Numbered from the stretch's first letter, positions 16,632-26,258 are shown. The stretch is 61,591 nucleotides of DNA from Candidatus Omnitrophota bacterium (GCA_018896815.1 JAHILY010000005.1:1-61591); one strand, 5' to 3'. Notes: generated by a model from the sequence alone, not told the origin. Made by a program: numbers and translations.

Positions 16632-17509
16632 AATACGCGTATTTTCCAGGATGTTCACTTCATTCAACCGCAAAAGAGTACGACCTGTCTACTAAAGAAG
16701 TAGCCAGGGCCCTTGGTATCGAGCTTATAGAAATCCCTGATTGGATATGCTGTGGCGCCACACCTGCCCATATCACAATGCACCTTTTATCATTGGCCCT
16801 TCCGGTAAAAAATCTCCTTAAGGCAAAAGAGATGGATTCATTTGAGGTAGTCACTTGCTGCGCCGCCTGTTTTAGCCGCCTTAAAATAGCCAATCACTTT
16901 ATGCAAAATGATAACAAGCATAGAAAAAATGTCGAAGAGATAGTAGGCGAGCCTTATAAGGGTGAGGTCAAGGTAAGGCATTTCTTGGATGTTTTGATAA
17001 ATGTTTTTGGATTAAAAAACCTGACCGAGAGGGTGACTAATAAATTGAGCGGCCTAAAGGTGGCGTGTTATTATGGATGCCTTTTAACCAGGCCCCCGGA
17101 GATTACACAGCTTGATGATCTTGAAGAGCCGCATCTCATGGACGATTTAATGAAGGTATTAGATGCCGAGCCAGTAAAGTGGCCGTATAAGACAGAATGC
17201 TGCGGCGCGAGTTTCTCACTTACAAAGACAGATATAGTGCTTAAATTATCCGGGGACATACTGCAGATGGCCCATGATGAAGGCGCACAGGCAATAGTAG
17301 TGGCTTGTCCTTTGTGCCAGTCAAATCTGGATTTAAGACAGGCAGCAATAAAGAAAAAATACAAGAAAGATTTTAATATACCGATTCTTTATTTTACACA
17401 ACTTGTGGGGCTGAGTTTAGGTATTGAGCCGAAAAAATTAGGACTAGATAAGCATATCGTCAACCCTCTTCCATTGCTGAAGGAGAGAAAGGTCTTGGTC
17501 GATAAATAG
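16628..17509 (+). CDS. hdrB: Heterodisulfide reductase subunit B-like (two CCG domains)
   Basis: WICCGATP, YYGCLLTRP, TECCGASF, ACPLCQSNLD. Confidence 0.8.
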   Translation: MKYAYFPGCSLHSTAKEYDLSTKEVARALGIELIEIPDWICCGATPAHITMHLLSLALPVKNLLKAKEMDSFEVVTCCAACFSRLKIANHFMQNDNKHRKNVEEIVGEPYKGEVKVRHFLDVLINVFGLKNLTERVTNKLSGLKVACYYGCLLTRPPEITQLDDLEEPHLMDDLMKVLDAEPVKWPYKTECCGASFSLTKTDIVLKLSGDILQMAHDEGAQAIVVACPLCQSNLDLRQAAIKKKYKKDFNIPILYFTQLVGLSLGIEPKKLGLDKHIVNPLPLLKERKVLVDK

Positions 17510-17511
17510 CC

Positions 17512-19476
17512 ATGAAAATAGGAGTATTTGTCTGCCATTGCGGAACTAATATTGCCGGCACTGTTGATGTAGAGCGCGTTAGCCAAGCTGCCTCTAAGTT
17601 TCCAAAGGTCAAGCACTCTGCTTCGTATAAATACATGTGTTCCAACCCTGGCCAGAATCTGGTAAAGGACGCTATTAAGAAACATAAATTAGACAGGATC
17701 GTCATTGCCTCTTGTAGTCCCAGCCTTCACGAAAAGACCTTTAGAAAGTGTGTAGAAGCAGCCGGGATAAATCCATATTTGATAGAGATGGCCAATATCA
17801 GGGAGCATTGTTCATGGGTCCACAAGGATAGAGAAAAGGCTACTCAGAAGGCGATAGAGCTTACAAGGCTCGCAGTTTCCAAGGTTTCACGAAACAAGCC
17901 GTTAGAAAAGACTTATACCACGATAGAAAAAAAGGTTTTGATTATAGGAGGAGGTATTTCCGGGATTCAGGCGGCAATAGATATCGCGTTTGCAAATTAT
18001 CCGGCTGTCATAGTAGAAAGAGAGCCTTCTATCGGCGGCAGGATGGCGCGTTTTGATAAGACCTTCCCGACGCTTGACTGCGCTGCCTGTATTTTAACTC
18101 CAAAGATGGTAACTGTTTCTCAGAGCGAACATGTCACCATGCACACCTATTCTGAAATAGAAGAAGTCTCAGGCTTCGTAGGAAATTTTACCGTAAAGAT
18201 CAGGAAAAAGGCGCGGTCAGTCGATATTAATAAATGCACTGGCTGCGGCGCCTGTTACAATAAGTGTCCTGTCAAGGTCCCCTCAGAATTTGACATGGGA
18301 CTTGGTAAGAGAAAGGCTATTTACACCCCTTTTCCCCAGGCTGTTCCCAATGTACCTGTTATAGACCGTGAGAATTGTTTGTATTTCAAGACAAAAAAAT
18401 GCGGCATCTGTAAAAAGATCTGTACGGTCGGCGCGATAGATTATGATATGAAAGACGAGGTTATAGAAGAGAAATTCGGCGCGATTATTGTAGCAACTGG
18501 CTTTAACCAGTTTGACCATTCAGTTTATGGTGAATACGGCTATGGTAAACATAAGGATATGATAACAGGACTGCATTTTGAGCGCATGGTAAATTCCTCT
18601 GGACCAACAGGCGGCAAGATCATCAGGCCTTCTGACGGAAAGGAAGTGCGCGACGTTGTTTTTATTCAATGCGTTGGCTCGCGCGATGAACAGAAGGGCC
18701 TTCCTTATTGTTCAAGGCTATGCTGTATGTACACGGCAAAACACGCGCTTCTTTTAAGAGAGCATAATAAGGATAGCCAGGCCTATGTCTTTTATATCGA
18801 CATAAGGGCAGCAGGCAAAAATTATGAGGAATTTGTAAAAAAGGTCCAGGACGAGTATGGCGCGATATATTTAAGAGGAAGGGTCTCGCGCATATTTGAG
18901 AAGGGCGGAAAGCTTATTGTAAGGGGAGCTGACACATTAAGCGGCGCGCAGATCGAGATAAAGGCGGATTTAGTGGTTCTGGCAACAGGATTGGTTGCGC
19001 AAAAGGATGCACCAAGCTTAGCGCAGATGCTGCATATACCGTATGATAAGAATAATTTGTTCACAGAGGCGCATCCAAAGCTTGCGCCTGTCGAGACAAT
19101 AACAAGCGGGATATTTTTGACAGGGGCGTGCCAGTCGCCAAAAGATATTCCAGATACAGTGGCTACTGCGTCAGCTGCGTCAGTCAAGGCCCTGGGTCTA
19201 ATGGTGCAGGATAAGCTGGCAAGAGAGCCCTTGATCGCCAGTGTCAATCAGGATCTATGCTCTGGGTGCCTGGCTTGTCTAAAGGCATGCCCATTTAGCG
19301 CAATAGAAGAAGACGAGATCGAGGATCGCAAGCTCAGGAGAAAAAGAACAGTTGCAAAGGTGCGTGAAGCTGTTTGCACAGGCTGCGGCAACTGTACAGC
19401 TGTTTGCAGGATGGCTGCTATAGATCTAGAGGGATTTACTAACACTCAGATTATGGAAGAGGTAGAAACATTATGA
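17512..19476 (+). CDS. hdrA: Heterodisulfide reductase subunit A-like (FAD plus multiple Fe-S)
   Basis: VLIIGGGISGIQAA FAD fold, CTGCGACYNKCP, CGICKKIC, CSGCLACLKACP, CTGCGNCTAVC. Confidence 0.85.
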   Translation: MKIGVFVCHCGTNIAGTVDVERVSQAASKFPKVKHSASYKYMCSNPGQNLVKDAIKKHKLDRIVIASCSPSLHEKTFRKCVEAAGINPYLIEMANIREHCSWVHKDREKATQKAIELTRLAVSKVSRNKPLEKTYTTIEKKVLIIGGGISGIQAAIDIAFANYPAVIVEREPSIGGRMARFDKTFPTLDCAACILTPKMVTVSQSEHVTMHTYSEIEEVSGFVGNFTVKIRKKARSVDINKCTGCGACYNKCPVKVPSEFDMGLGKRKAIYTPFPQAVPNVPVIDRENCLYFKTKKCGICKKICTVGAIDYDMKDEVIEEKFGAIIVATGFNQFDHSVYGEYGYGKHKDMITGLHFERMVNSSGPTGGKIIRPSDGKEVRDVVFIQCVGSRDEQKGLPYCSRLCCMYTAKHALLLREHNKDSQAYVFYIDIRAAGKNYEEFVKKVQDEYGAIYLRGRVSRIFEKGGKLIVRGADTLSGAQIEIKADLVVLATGLVAQKDAPSLAQMLHIPYDKNNLFTEAHPKLAPVETITSGIFLTGACQSPKDIPDTVATASAASVKALGLMVQDKLAREPLIASVNQDLCSGCLACLKACPFSAIEEDEIEDRKLRRKRTVAKVREAVCTGCGNCTAVCRMAAIDLEGFTNTQIMEEVETL

Positions 19477-19895
19477 GTGAGTGGGAACCGAAGATAGTAG
19501 GCTTTCTCTGTAATTGGTGTAGCTATGCTGGAGCGGATTTAGCCGGGACCTCCAGGCTTGAATATCCGCCTAATATAAGGATTATCAGGCTCCCCTGTTC
19601 AGGCAGGGTCAACCCTTTATTTATCTTAAAGTGTCTTTCCAATGGCGCTGACGGGGTATTGATATCCGGCTGTCATATTGGTGACTGTCACTATTCAGAG
19701 GGAAATTTTTACGCGCGCAGGAGATTTGCAGTCTTAAAGAAACTTTTGGAATATCTGGGCATAGACCCGAGGAGATTCCAGATGTCATGGGTATCTGCTT
19801 CTGAAGGCGACAAATGGGCAAGACTCGTGACAGAATTAGTAGAAGAGATCAAACAGGCCGGGCCAAACAAGGATTTCGTTAGGAAAAATGATTGA
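19473..19895 (+). CDS. mvhD: MvhD/FlxD-type hydrogenase delta-subunit-like protein
   Basis: IVGFLCNWCSYAGADLAG...RLPCSGRV...ISGCHIGDCHY. Confidence 0.8.
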   Translation: MSEWEPKIVGFLCNWCSYAGADLAGTSRLEYPPNIRIIRLPCSGRVNPLFILKCLSNGADGVLISGCHIGDCHYSEGNFYARRRFAVLKKLLEYLGIDPRRFQMSWVSASEGDKWARLVTELVEEIKQAGPNKDFVRKND

Positions 19896-20751
19896 CCAGA
19901 TAAAAACTAAGGCAAAAGAGTTATTAAAGACGAAAAAAGTAGACATAGTTATTGGTTATAAGAAGGCCAGTGACAGGATAGGCGCTATACCTGCTTTTAT
20001 TGATAAGGAAGGGGATATTGATAAATTAATATGGGATGGGTATTGCGTCTATAATCTTAGCAATTATCTAAAAGACTTTCCAGGCAAAAAAATAGGAATA
20101 GTGACAAAGGGTTGCGACGCAAAGTCAATGACAGTGTTATTGCAGGAAAATCAATTGAAGAGGGAGGACATATTTATAATCGGCATCGAGTGTTCAGGCA
20201 TAGTTGATGAAAAGAGGAAAGGCGGGGATATAGCCTATGATGAAAGATGCAAGGGATGTAAGCCCGCGACGCCGCCCATTTACGATGTTTTGATAAAAGA
20301 GGAAGAAAAGAAACAGGCCCCAAGATTGGAACAGGATCCTTATGAGAGCGTGCGTAAATTAGAGACAAAATCTATCGAAGAAAAGTTTAAGTTCTGGCAG
20401 GATGAATTTTCAAGATGTATCCGTTGTTATGCCTGTAGACAGATCTGTCCCTTATGTTATTGCCCGAGATGCGTGGCTGAGCAGACGCAGCCTGCCTGGT
20501 TTTCAAAGGCGGTTTCTGTAGAGGGCAATTTCAGCTGGAACGTGAACCGCGCGATGCATCTGGCTGGAAGATGTATTGACTGCGGAGAATGCGAAAGGGC
20601 CTGCCCTGCGGGGATACCCTTAAGAGATATAAATAAAAAGATAGAAAAGGATGTAAAAGAGCTTTTTAGTTATGAGGCAGGAGTAGACACTGAACAGAAA
20701 CCTTTATTCAGCTCGTTTGACAAAAACGACCCAGAGGATTTTATCAAGTAA
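19888..20751 (+). CDS. Fe-S subunit (FlxC-like / F420-hydrogenase-beta-like)
   Basis: KGCDAKS, CIRCYACRQICPLCYCPRC, CIDCGECERACP. Position after mvhD as in hdrCBA-flxDCBA loci. Confidence 0.5.
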   Translation: MIDQIKTKAKELLKTKKVDIVIGYKKASDRIGAIPAFIDKEGDIDKLIWDGYCVYNLSNYLKDFPGKKIGIVTKGCDAKSMTVLLQENQLKREDIFIIGIECSGIVDEKRKGGDIAYDERCKGCKPATPPIYDVLIKEEEKKQAPRLEQDPYESVRKLETKSIEEKFKFWQDEFSRCIRCYACRQICPLCYCPRCVAEQTQPAWFSKAVSVEGNFSWNVNRAMHLAGRCIDCGECERACPAGIPLRDINKKIEKDVKELFSYEAGVDTEQKPLFSSFDKNDPEDFIK

Positions 20752-20777
20752 GTCCGCTTACAGCGGACTTACTTGAT
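20743..20777 (+). terminator. Perfect 15-bp stem-loop overlapping the stop codon of the preceding gene
   Basis: ATCAAGTAAGTCCGC-TTACA-GCGGACTTACTTGAT. No T-tract follows, so it may be an mRNA-processing or stability element rather than a terminator. Confidence 0.45.
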
Positions 20778-20814
20778 CCCCCCTGTTTAGTTTTGTGAAG
20801 CAAAACTAGGGGGG
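20778..20814. repeat. Minimal member of the C6...G6 palindromic element family
   Basis: CCCCCCTGTTTAGTTTTG-TGAAG-CAAAACTAGGGGGG. Confidence 0.7.
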
Positions 20815-20830
20815 ATTAATTTAATATATT

Positions 20831-21802
20831 ATGCAAAGACTTATTACTAAACAAGATTTGGTTAACAAGTTAACAGAGCTCTTGAAAGACTTCGAGGTCG
20901 TAGGGCCAAAAGAGCTCTCTAATAAAGGTATATTCTATCAGGTCATAGAGGATGCAAAGGAGTTATATCTGGGGCAAGATTTTGCAATAGAGCCGATAAA
21001 GAAATTCTTTTTAGAGCCGTCTTCCTGGATCCTAAGACACGCTAAGGACGATGTAAGCTTAGAAAGTTTTCCCCAGTCAGATAAAAAGAGAATAGTTATT
21101 GGAGCCCGGCCGTGCGAGGCAAAAGGGTTGGCATTATTGGATAAGCTGTTCGATTCCGAATACAAGGACGATTTTTATATAAATAACCGCAAGAGGACTA
21201 TTGTTGTGGGCCTTGCCTGCGCTAAACCTGACATGAGCTGTTTTTGCACATCAATGCAGGGGTCGCCAGCAGAAACCTCTGGGATGGATGCGTTGATCTT
21301 TGAATCAGGCGATGGATTTATCATAGAGCTGGTTACTGATAAGGCAAAGCATATTCTCGGCTCTATAGGAGAGGATATTAAAGAAGATCAGAAATTAAAT
21401 AAAGACAAAATGAAAGCCCTGGTCAAGAAAGTGATAAAGACACCTGAAAGCCTGGACAAGGTCTTTGAGAGCGATTATTGGGACGAGGTCTCCAGGCCGT
21501 GTATAAGTTGCGGCGTGTGCACATTTTTATGCCCGACCTGTCATTGCTTTGATCTGGTGGATGAAGAGAAAAAGAGGATGAGGTGTTATGACGGATGCAG
21601 CTTTCCGGATTTTACGCTCGAGGCGTCTGGCGTGAATCCCAGGCCTACAAAAAAGGAACGCTACAGGCAGAGGGTATTTCACAAATTCGATTATTTTAAG
21701 AAAAATTTTGGGGAAAATCTCTGTGTAGGCTGTGGGAGATGCATCAGGCATTGTCCGGTGAAAATCGATATAGCAGATATTGTGGATAAAGCGCCTATTT
21801 AA
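20831..21802 (+). CDS. Fe-S subunit (FlxB-like / AsrA / sulfhydrogenase-beta-like)
   Basis: GARPCEAKG, CISCGVCTFLCPTCHCFD, CVGCGRCIRHCP. Confidence 0.55.
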   Translation: MQRLITKQDLVNKLTELLKDFEVVGPKELSNKGIFYQVIEDAKELYLGQDFAIEPIKKFFLEPSSWILRHAKDDVSLESFPQSDKKRIVIGARPCEAKGLALLDKLFDSEYKDDFYINNRKRTIVVGLACAKPDMSCFCTSMQGSPAETSGMDALIFESGDGFIIELVTDKAKHILGSIGEDIKEDQKLNKDKMKALVKKVIKTPESLDKVFESDYWDEVSRPCISCGVCTFLCPTCHCFDLVDEEKKRMRCYDGCSFPDFTLEASGVNPRPTKKERYRQRVFHKFDYFKKNFGENLCVGCGRCIRHCPVKIDIADIVDKAPI

Positions 21803-21805
21803 AAG

Positions 21806-22630
21806 ATGAAAAATATTTATTTACCTCATATAGCTGAAATAGTCGACGTAAAGCAGGAGACATCTGATATAAAGACGTTCACGCTCAGGTTCAAGGATAA
21901 GGCAGTTGGGAAGGCCTTTACCTATAAACCAGGCCAGTTTGTGGAGTTCTCGATATTTGGCGAGGGTGAATCGCCTTTCTGCATCTCGAATTCGCCCACG
22001 AGAGATTCCATAGAATGCAGTGTCAAGAAAATGGGCAAGGTCACCCAGGTCTTGCATGAGATGGATATAGGCGATGAGGTAGGCATAAGAGGGCCTTACG
22101 GCAATGGCTTTCCCCTTGATGAATTAAAAGGCAAGAATCTTTTATTTGTTGCCGGCGGAATAGGGCTCGCGCCCTTACGCTCCTTAATAAATTATTGTTT
22201 TGATAATAGAAAAGACTATAAGACTATTACTATCGTGAATGGCGCGCGCACGTCAAAAGACCTTGTCTATAAGGATGAATATAAGACATGGGAAAAGGCA
22301 AAGGATGCGCACCTACATTTAACTGTTGACTGCCAGGAGGATAACTGGACATGCATGGTAGGCGTGGTGCCAAAGATCCTGGAAGAGATAAAACCAACCT
22401 GTAAGGACAGCATAGCTATTGTCTGCGGCCCGCCAATAATGATAAAGTTCACGCTGCCTGTTCTTATGAGATTGGGTTTTTGCCCCGAGTCTATTCTTAC
22501 TACGTTAGAGATGAAGATGAAATGCGGCCTGGGTAAATGCGGCAGATGTAATATCGGAAATCTATATATTTGCAAGGATGGACCTGTTTTTAGTTATGCT
22601 CAATTAAATGGTATGAACTATGATCATTAA
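21806..22630 (+). CDS. FAD/NAD(P)-binding oxidoreductase with C-terminal 2Fe-2S (FlxA-like / AsrB / PyrK-like)
   Basis: Ferredoxin-reductase fold (RGPYGNGF, FVAGGIGLAPLRS) and MKCGLGKCGRCNIG cluster motif. Confidence 0.65.
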   Translation: MKNIYLPHIAEIVDVKQETSDIKTFTLRFKDKAVGKAFTYKPGQFVEFSIFGEGESPFCISNSPTRDSIECSVKKMGKVTQVLHEMDIGDEVGIRGPYGNGFPLDELKGKNLLFVAGGIGLAPLRSLINYCFDNRKDYKTITIVNGARTSKDLVYKDEYKTWEKAKDAHLHLTVDCQEDNWTCMVGVVPKILEEIKPTCKDSIAIVCGPPIMIKFTLPVLMRLGFCPESILTTLEMKMKCGLGKCGRCNIGNLYICKDGPVFSYAQLNGMNYDH

Positions 22631-23536
22631 GATTTGGTTAAAAGCCATAAGGGCGCCATTTTTTACCGCGACCATAATCCCGGTTACTCTGGGCTCAGTG
22701 ATTGCCTGGCATGATACCAATGATTTTATGTGGCTGAGATTCTGGCTTACGATGCTTGGTGTGCTGTTTGTGCACACAGGGACAAATCTAGCCAATGATT
22801 ATTTTGACCATGTCTCTGGATGCGATGAGGCAAATTCTACGCCTACGCCTTTTAGCGGAGGAAGCAGGGTGATCCAGAATGGACTTATTGCTCCCAGGAA
22901 GATTTTATATGTCTCCCTGGTCTCATTTATTATTGGCAGCGCAATCGGCCTTTATCTAAATCATTTGTGTAAAGGGAATATAATCCTCGTCTTAGGTATG
23001 ATCGGTGTATCTTTAGGATTTTTTATAGCGTCAAGTCATTCCGTATAGGATACGGGGGCTTCGGAGAGATGGCAGTAGGGATTGGCTTTGGTCCGCTGAT
23101 AGTATTGGGCTCATATTATGTACAAGCGCAGATTTTACCTTTCAGGATATTCCTGATATCAATCCCTGTCGGCATTTTAATTGCCCTGGTAGTATTCATA
23201 AACGAATTTCCAGATTACCTTGCTGATAAGTCAGCAGGGAAAAGGACTATCGTGGTCAGGCTGGGGAAGAAAAACGCCATGGTTTTATATCATATTCTGT
23301 TAGTTAGTGTATATGCGGCCATAGTATTTTTAGTAATATTTAAATTTTTACCAGTAGCGTCTTTGATCGTTTTTTTAAGCCTTCCTTTAACTATAAAGGC
23401 ATTCACAGTGTCCAGGAAAAATTTTGACAAGGTTTACGAATTATTACCAGCAAATGCCTCGACTATAGGGCTGCATATGGCAATAGGTGCACTATTATCC
23501 ATAGGCATAGCGTTAGACAGGATCTTATGCGCTTAA
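22620..23536 (+). pseudogene. menA: UbiA-family prenyltransferase (MenA-like), split by a 1-nt frame shift in a T6 run (23019-23024)
   Basis: NLANDYFDHVSGCD motif in ORF 22620-23048. Reading -1 after the T run gives ...GFFYSVKSFRIGYGGFGEMAVGIGFGPL..., contiguous with ORF 23069-23536. Confidence 0.65.
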
Positions 23537-24504
23537 AAGATATCTATAAACCGATCGAGAAAGAACTGATGGGCGTGGAAGACCTATTGAGAGACTCTCT
23601 TAATAGCACCACGAATAAATCCATATCCCGGGTCTGCAATTATTTATTGGATGCGAAAGGCAAAAGACTCAGGCCGGCCCTGGTTCTGCTGTCAGGTAAG
23701 GCCACTAGCGACGCTGCTGTCGCGACCCCGATACTTATAAAGATCGCCTGCGGCATAGAGCTGATCCATGCTGCTTCTTTGGTCCATGATGATGTAATCG
23801 ACCATTCCAATCTCCGTCACAATAAACCCACGATTAATTTTAAATGGGGCCAGGATCTTTCTATTGCCCTTGGAGACTACCTTTATTCTGTGGCGTATGA
23901 ATTGATCTCCCAGTGCAACAATATAGATATCCTCCAGTGTATAAGTTCTGCCACAAAGGCAATGTGCGAGGGCGAGCTTGTTCAGGTCTCAGAAAGGGAT
24001 AATCTGGACCTATTAAAGAGGAGGTACATCGTTATTGTAAAAAAGAAGACAGCCAGCCTTTTTGCCGCGAGCTGCCAGTCAGGCAGCCTGGTTTCTAAAA
24101 GCAAAAGATCTTTACAGGTTGCCATGAAGGCGTATGGCTTGAATTTTGGCATCGGGTTTCAGATAACAGATGATTATCTGGATATCGTGAGCGAGGAAAA
24201 GAGATTGGGCAAAAAACCAGGACAGGATATAAGCGTGGGAGAGATGACCTTACCCTTATTAAATCTATTAAAATCAGTACCGGCACATGAAAAAGAGAAA
24301 TTTAAGACATTGGTTTCCAAGGGATCTTTGAATGCGGTGAAGACGAGGCTTATTCATTCCGGGGCAGCAGAAAAGACAAGACAAGAGGTTTCCTCATATA
24401 TGGGGCTTGCGAAGAAGAGCTTGGATACTCTACCAGAAACAGTCTTTAAAAGAAGCCTGGTTAATTTAACAGATTTTATAATAGAGAGAAATTTTAACCT
24501 GTAA
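23527..24504 (+). CDS. Long-chain polyprenyl diphosphate synthase
   Basis: LVHDDVIDHSNLRHNKP (first DDxxD) and QITDDYLD (second Asp-rich motif). Confidence 0.85.
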   Translation: MRLKDIYKPIEKELMGVEDLLRDSLNSTTNKSISRVCNYLLDAKGKRLRPALVLLSGKATSDAAVATPILIKIACGIELIHAASLVHDDVIDHSNLRHNKPTINFKWGQDLSIALGDYLYSVAYELISQCNNIDILQCISSATKAMCEGELVQVSERDNLDLLKRRYIVIVKKKTASLFAASCQSGSLVSKSKRSLQVAMKAYGLNFGIGFQITDDYLDIVSEEKRLGKKPGQDISVGEMTLPLLNLLKSVPAHEKEKFKTLVSKGSLNAVKTRLIHSGAAEKTRQEVSSYMGLAKKSLDTLPETVFKRSLVNLTDFIIERNFNL

Positions 24505-24518
24505 AAAAAAGGGGGGGG
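24503..24518 (+). repeat. A8G8 double homopolymer forming the RBS of the next gene
   Basis: taAAAAAAAAGGGGGGGGtggaaacATG. The G8 ends 7 nt before ATG 24526. Confidence 0.8.
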
Positions 24519-24525
24519 TGGAAAC

Positions 24526-24924
24526 ATGAAGCTAGATTTGAAGTTAGCTGGCGTAGTTGTTTTGCTTGCCTTGGTTTTCAATGTTTGGACAAGCGAGGCA
24601 TACGCTAGTTGTGGAGGATGTGGCGCAGGAGGAGAATCGGTAGATGCAGTGACAGAGGCCTTGCCTGTAAGTTTTAAGGCCGAGGTTATTTGTTTGGGTT
24701 GTGCTTTGAAAAAAGGGCAGGGTGCAAAGACGCAGTGTTCTCTGTACGGACATGTAAATGCACTTAAGAGTGAAGACGGCAGGATCTGGACGATATTGGA
24801 GAACGATGCATCTACAGGACTTATTAATTCACATGAGTACGCGGGAAAACAGGTTGAGATCACAGGAAAAAAATTCGGCGGCACTCAGATAATAGAAATA
24901 GAAAATTTTAAACTTGTAGAATAA
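24526..24924 (+). CDS. Secreted Cys-rich small protein, unknown function
   Basis: Signal peptide (LAGVVVLLALVFNVWTSEAYA), then SCGGCGAGGE and CLGC...C motifs. Confidence 0.5.
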   Translation: MKLDLKLAGVVVLLALVFNVWTSEAYASCGGCGAGGESVDAVTEALPVSFKAEVICLGCALKKGQGAKTQCSLYGHVNALKSEDGRIWTILENDASTGLINSHEYAGKQVEITGKKFGGTQIIEIENFKLVE

Positions 24925-24941
24925 CAGAAAGGAGGACGTAA

Positions 24942-26258
24942 ATGCGGTTTTTAAGAGTATGTTTGATTTTAATATTCAGTGCAGGAATTATTTTTACATC
25001 AGTGCCTGGTTTATATGCTGATGAGACAAGCGAGATTATTTTAAAACTTCTTGTGAAAAAAGGCATAATCACCCAGGAAGACGTAGACGAGATAAAAAGC
25101 CAGGTGGTGAAAGAAAAATCATTGGTACCTCAAGGAATAGAAGAGAGAGTAACATTACTTGAGGAGAAGTCAGAAGAAACAGGATTTCTTTCAGCGAAAG
25201 GTTATAAGATTGACGTAAAAGGCGGGGCAGAGATCGAATTTGTAAACATACAGGATGATGATGCGGGGGTAGCGCTAGATACTACAAGTAGCCCAGATGA
25301 CTCTGAAAATCCTAGACTCCAGGTAGATAAAGTTACAATGAGATTTACTGTAACAGGGGAAGATGAGACAGTCGGATTTTCTACTGAGCTGGAAATGGAT
25401 GAGGGAGATAAGGCCTTTTTTGACGATGCCTATATTTTTGTAAAAGATTTAGAATGGCTTCAGGCTGCTCACTCGTTTACAGTGGGTTTACAGAATAGGT
25501 TTATAGTGCCAAAGCAGATTTTCGAAAGCTATCCCTTGAATGGATTTGCTTGGTATGAGGACGAAGAATACATGGCACTCTATAAAGGTGAGCATGATGA
25601 CTGGTTATACTGGTATGGCGAACTTGCCCGCGCAAATGAAATAGATGACAAGGCGCCAACAGAAAATGGTCAGTTTGAAATGATCCATGACAACAGGCGT
25701 ACCAGTAATTCTGCAGAGATAGGAAATAAATTTGCTGCTGGTGGTGGTCTTGGGCTCAAGCTTAAATTAAAAGATCTTGGGAAGGTTAATATCCTTGGAT
25801 TTGGCCGTAGTGGAACATTAACTGATGATGATGTTTCATTTATGCAGGGTTTAACTGGTTACTCTTCCTCAGAAACAAGCACTGATTATTTGAGGACAGG
25901 TGTAAATTTAGATTATAAGCATAAAAATTGTGGGTTAAGAGGTCAGTTTATGTATGCAGAGGATGGAACTTTAGACAGAAAGGGTTGGTATATAGAGCCT
26001 TACTACAATATTCATGTTGGTTGGAGGTATTTGGATAGCATAACTCCAGCGGTACAGTTAAGCTGGTTGGATGTTGATCTTGCAAATACGACAGCTGATG
26101 CCAGAACTTGGGATCGCGAAAAGTACACACTTGGAGCAGTATTCAAGATTAACAAGAATCTTCAGTGGAAAAACGAGTACTCAATTAATGAAGAGGATAC
26201 TGGCGGAGCAGAAGTTGATAACAATGAATTTATTAGTCAGTTGAAATTTAGTTTCTAA
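24942..26258 (+). CDS. Outer-membrane beta-barrel porin-like protein
   Basis: Signal peptide, alternating amphipathic strands, C-terminal ...ISQLKFSF (terminal aromatic residue). Confidence 0.55.
   Translation: MRFLRVCLILIFSAGIIFTSVPGLYADETSEIILKLLVKKGIITQEDVDEIKSQVVKEKSLVPQGIEERVTLLEEKSEETGFLSAKGYKIDVKGGAEIEFVNIQDDDAGVALDTTSSPDDSENPRLQVDKVTMRFTVTGEDETVGFSTELEMDEGDKAFFDDAYIFVKDLEWLQAAHSFTVGLQNRFIVPKQIFESYPLNGFAWYEDEEYMALYKGEHDDWLYWYGELARANEIDDKAPTENGQFEMIHDNRRTSNSAEIGNKFAAGGGLGLKLKLKDLGKVNILGFGRSGTLTDDDVSFMQGLTGYSSSETSTDYLRTGVNLDYKHKNCGLRGQFMYAEDGTLDRKGWYIEPYYNIHVGWRYLDSITPAVQLSWLDVDLANTTADARTWDREKYTLGAVFKINKNLQWKNEYSINEEDTGGAEVDNNEFISQLKFSF

Noticed and set aside
24354-24884. 176-aa minus-strand ORF
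   Set aside because: It is antisense to the polyprenyl synthase 3' end and to the signal-peptide-bearing Cys-rich gene. It has no RBS and its composition is typical of antisense frames.
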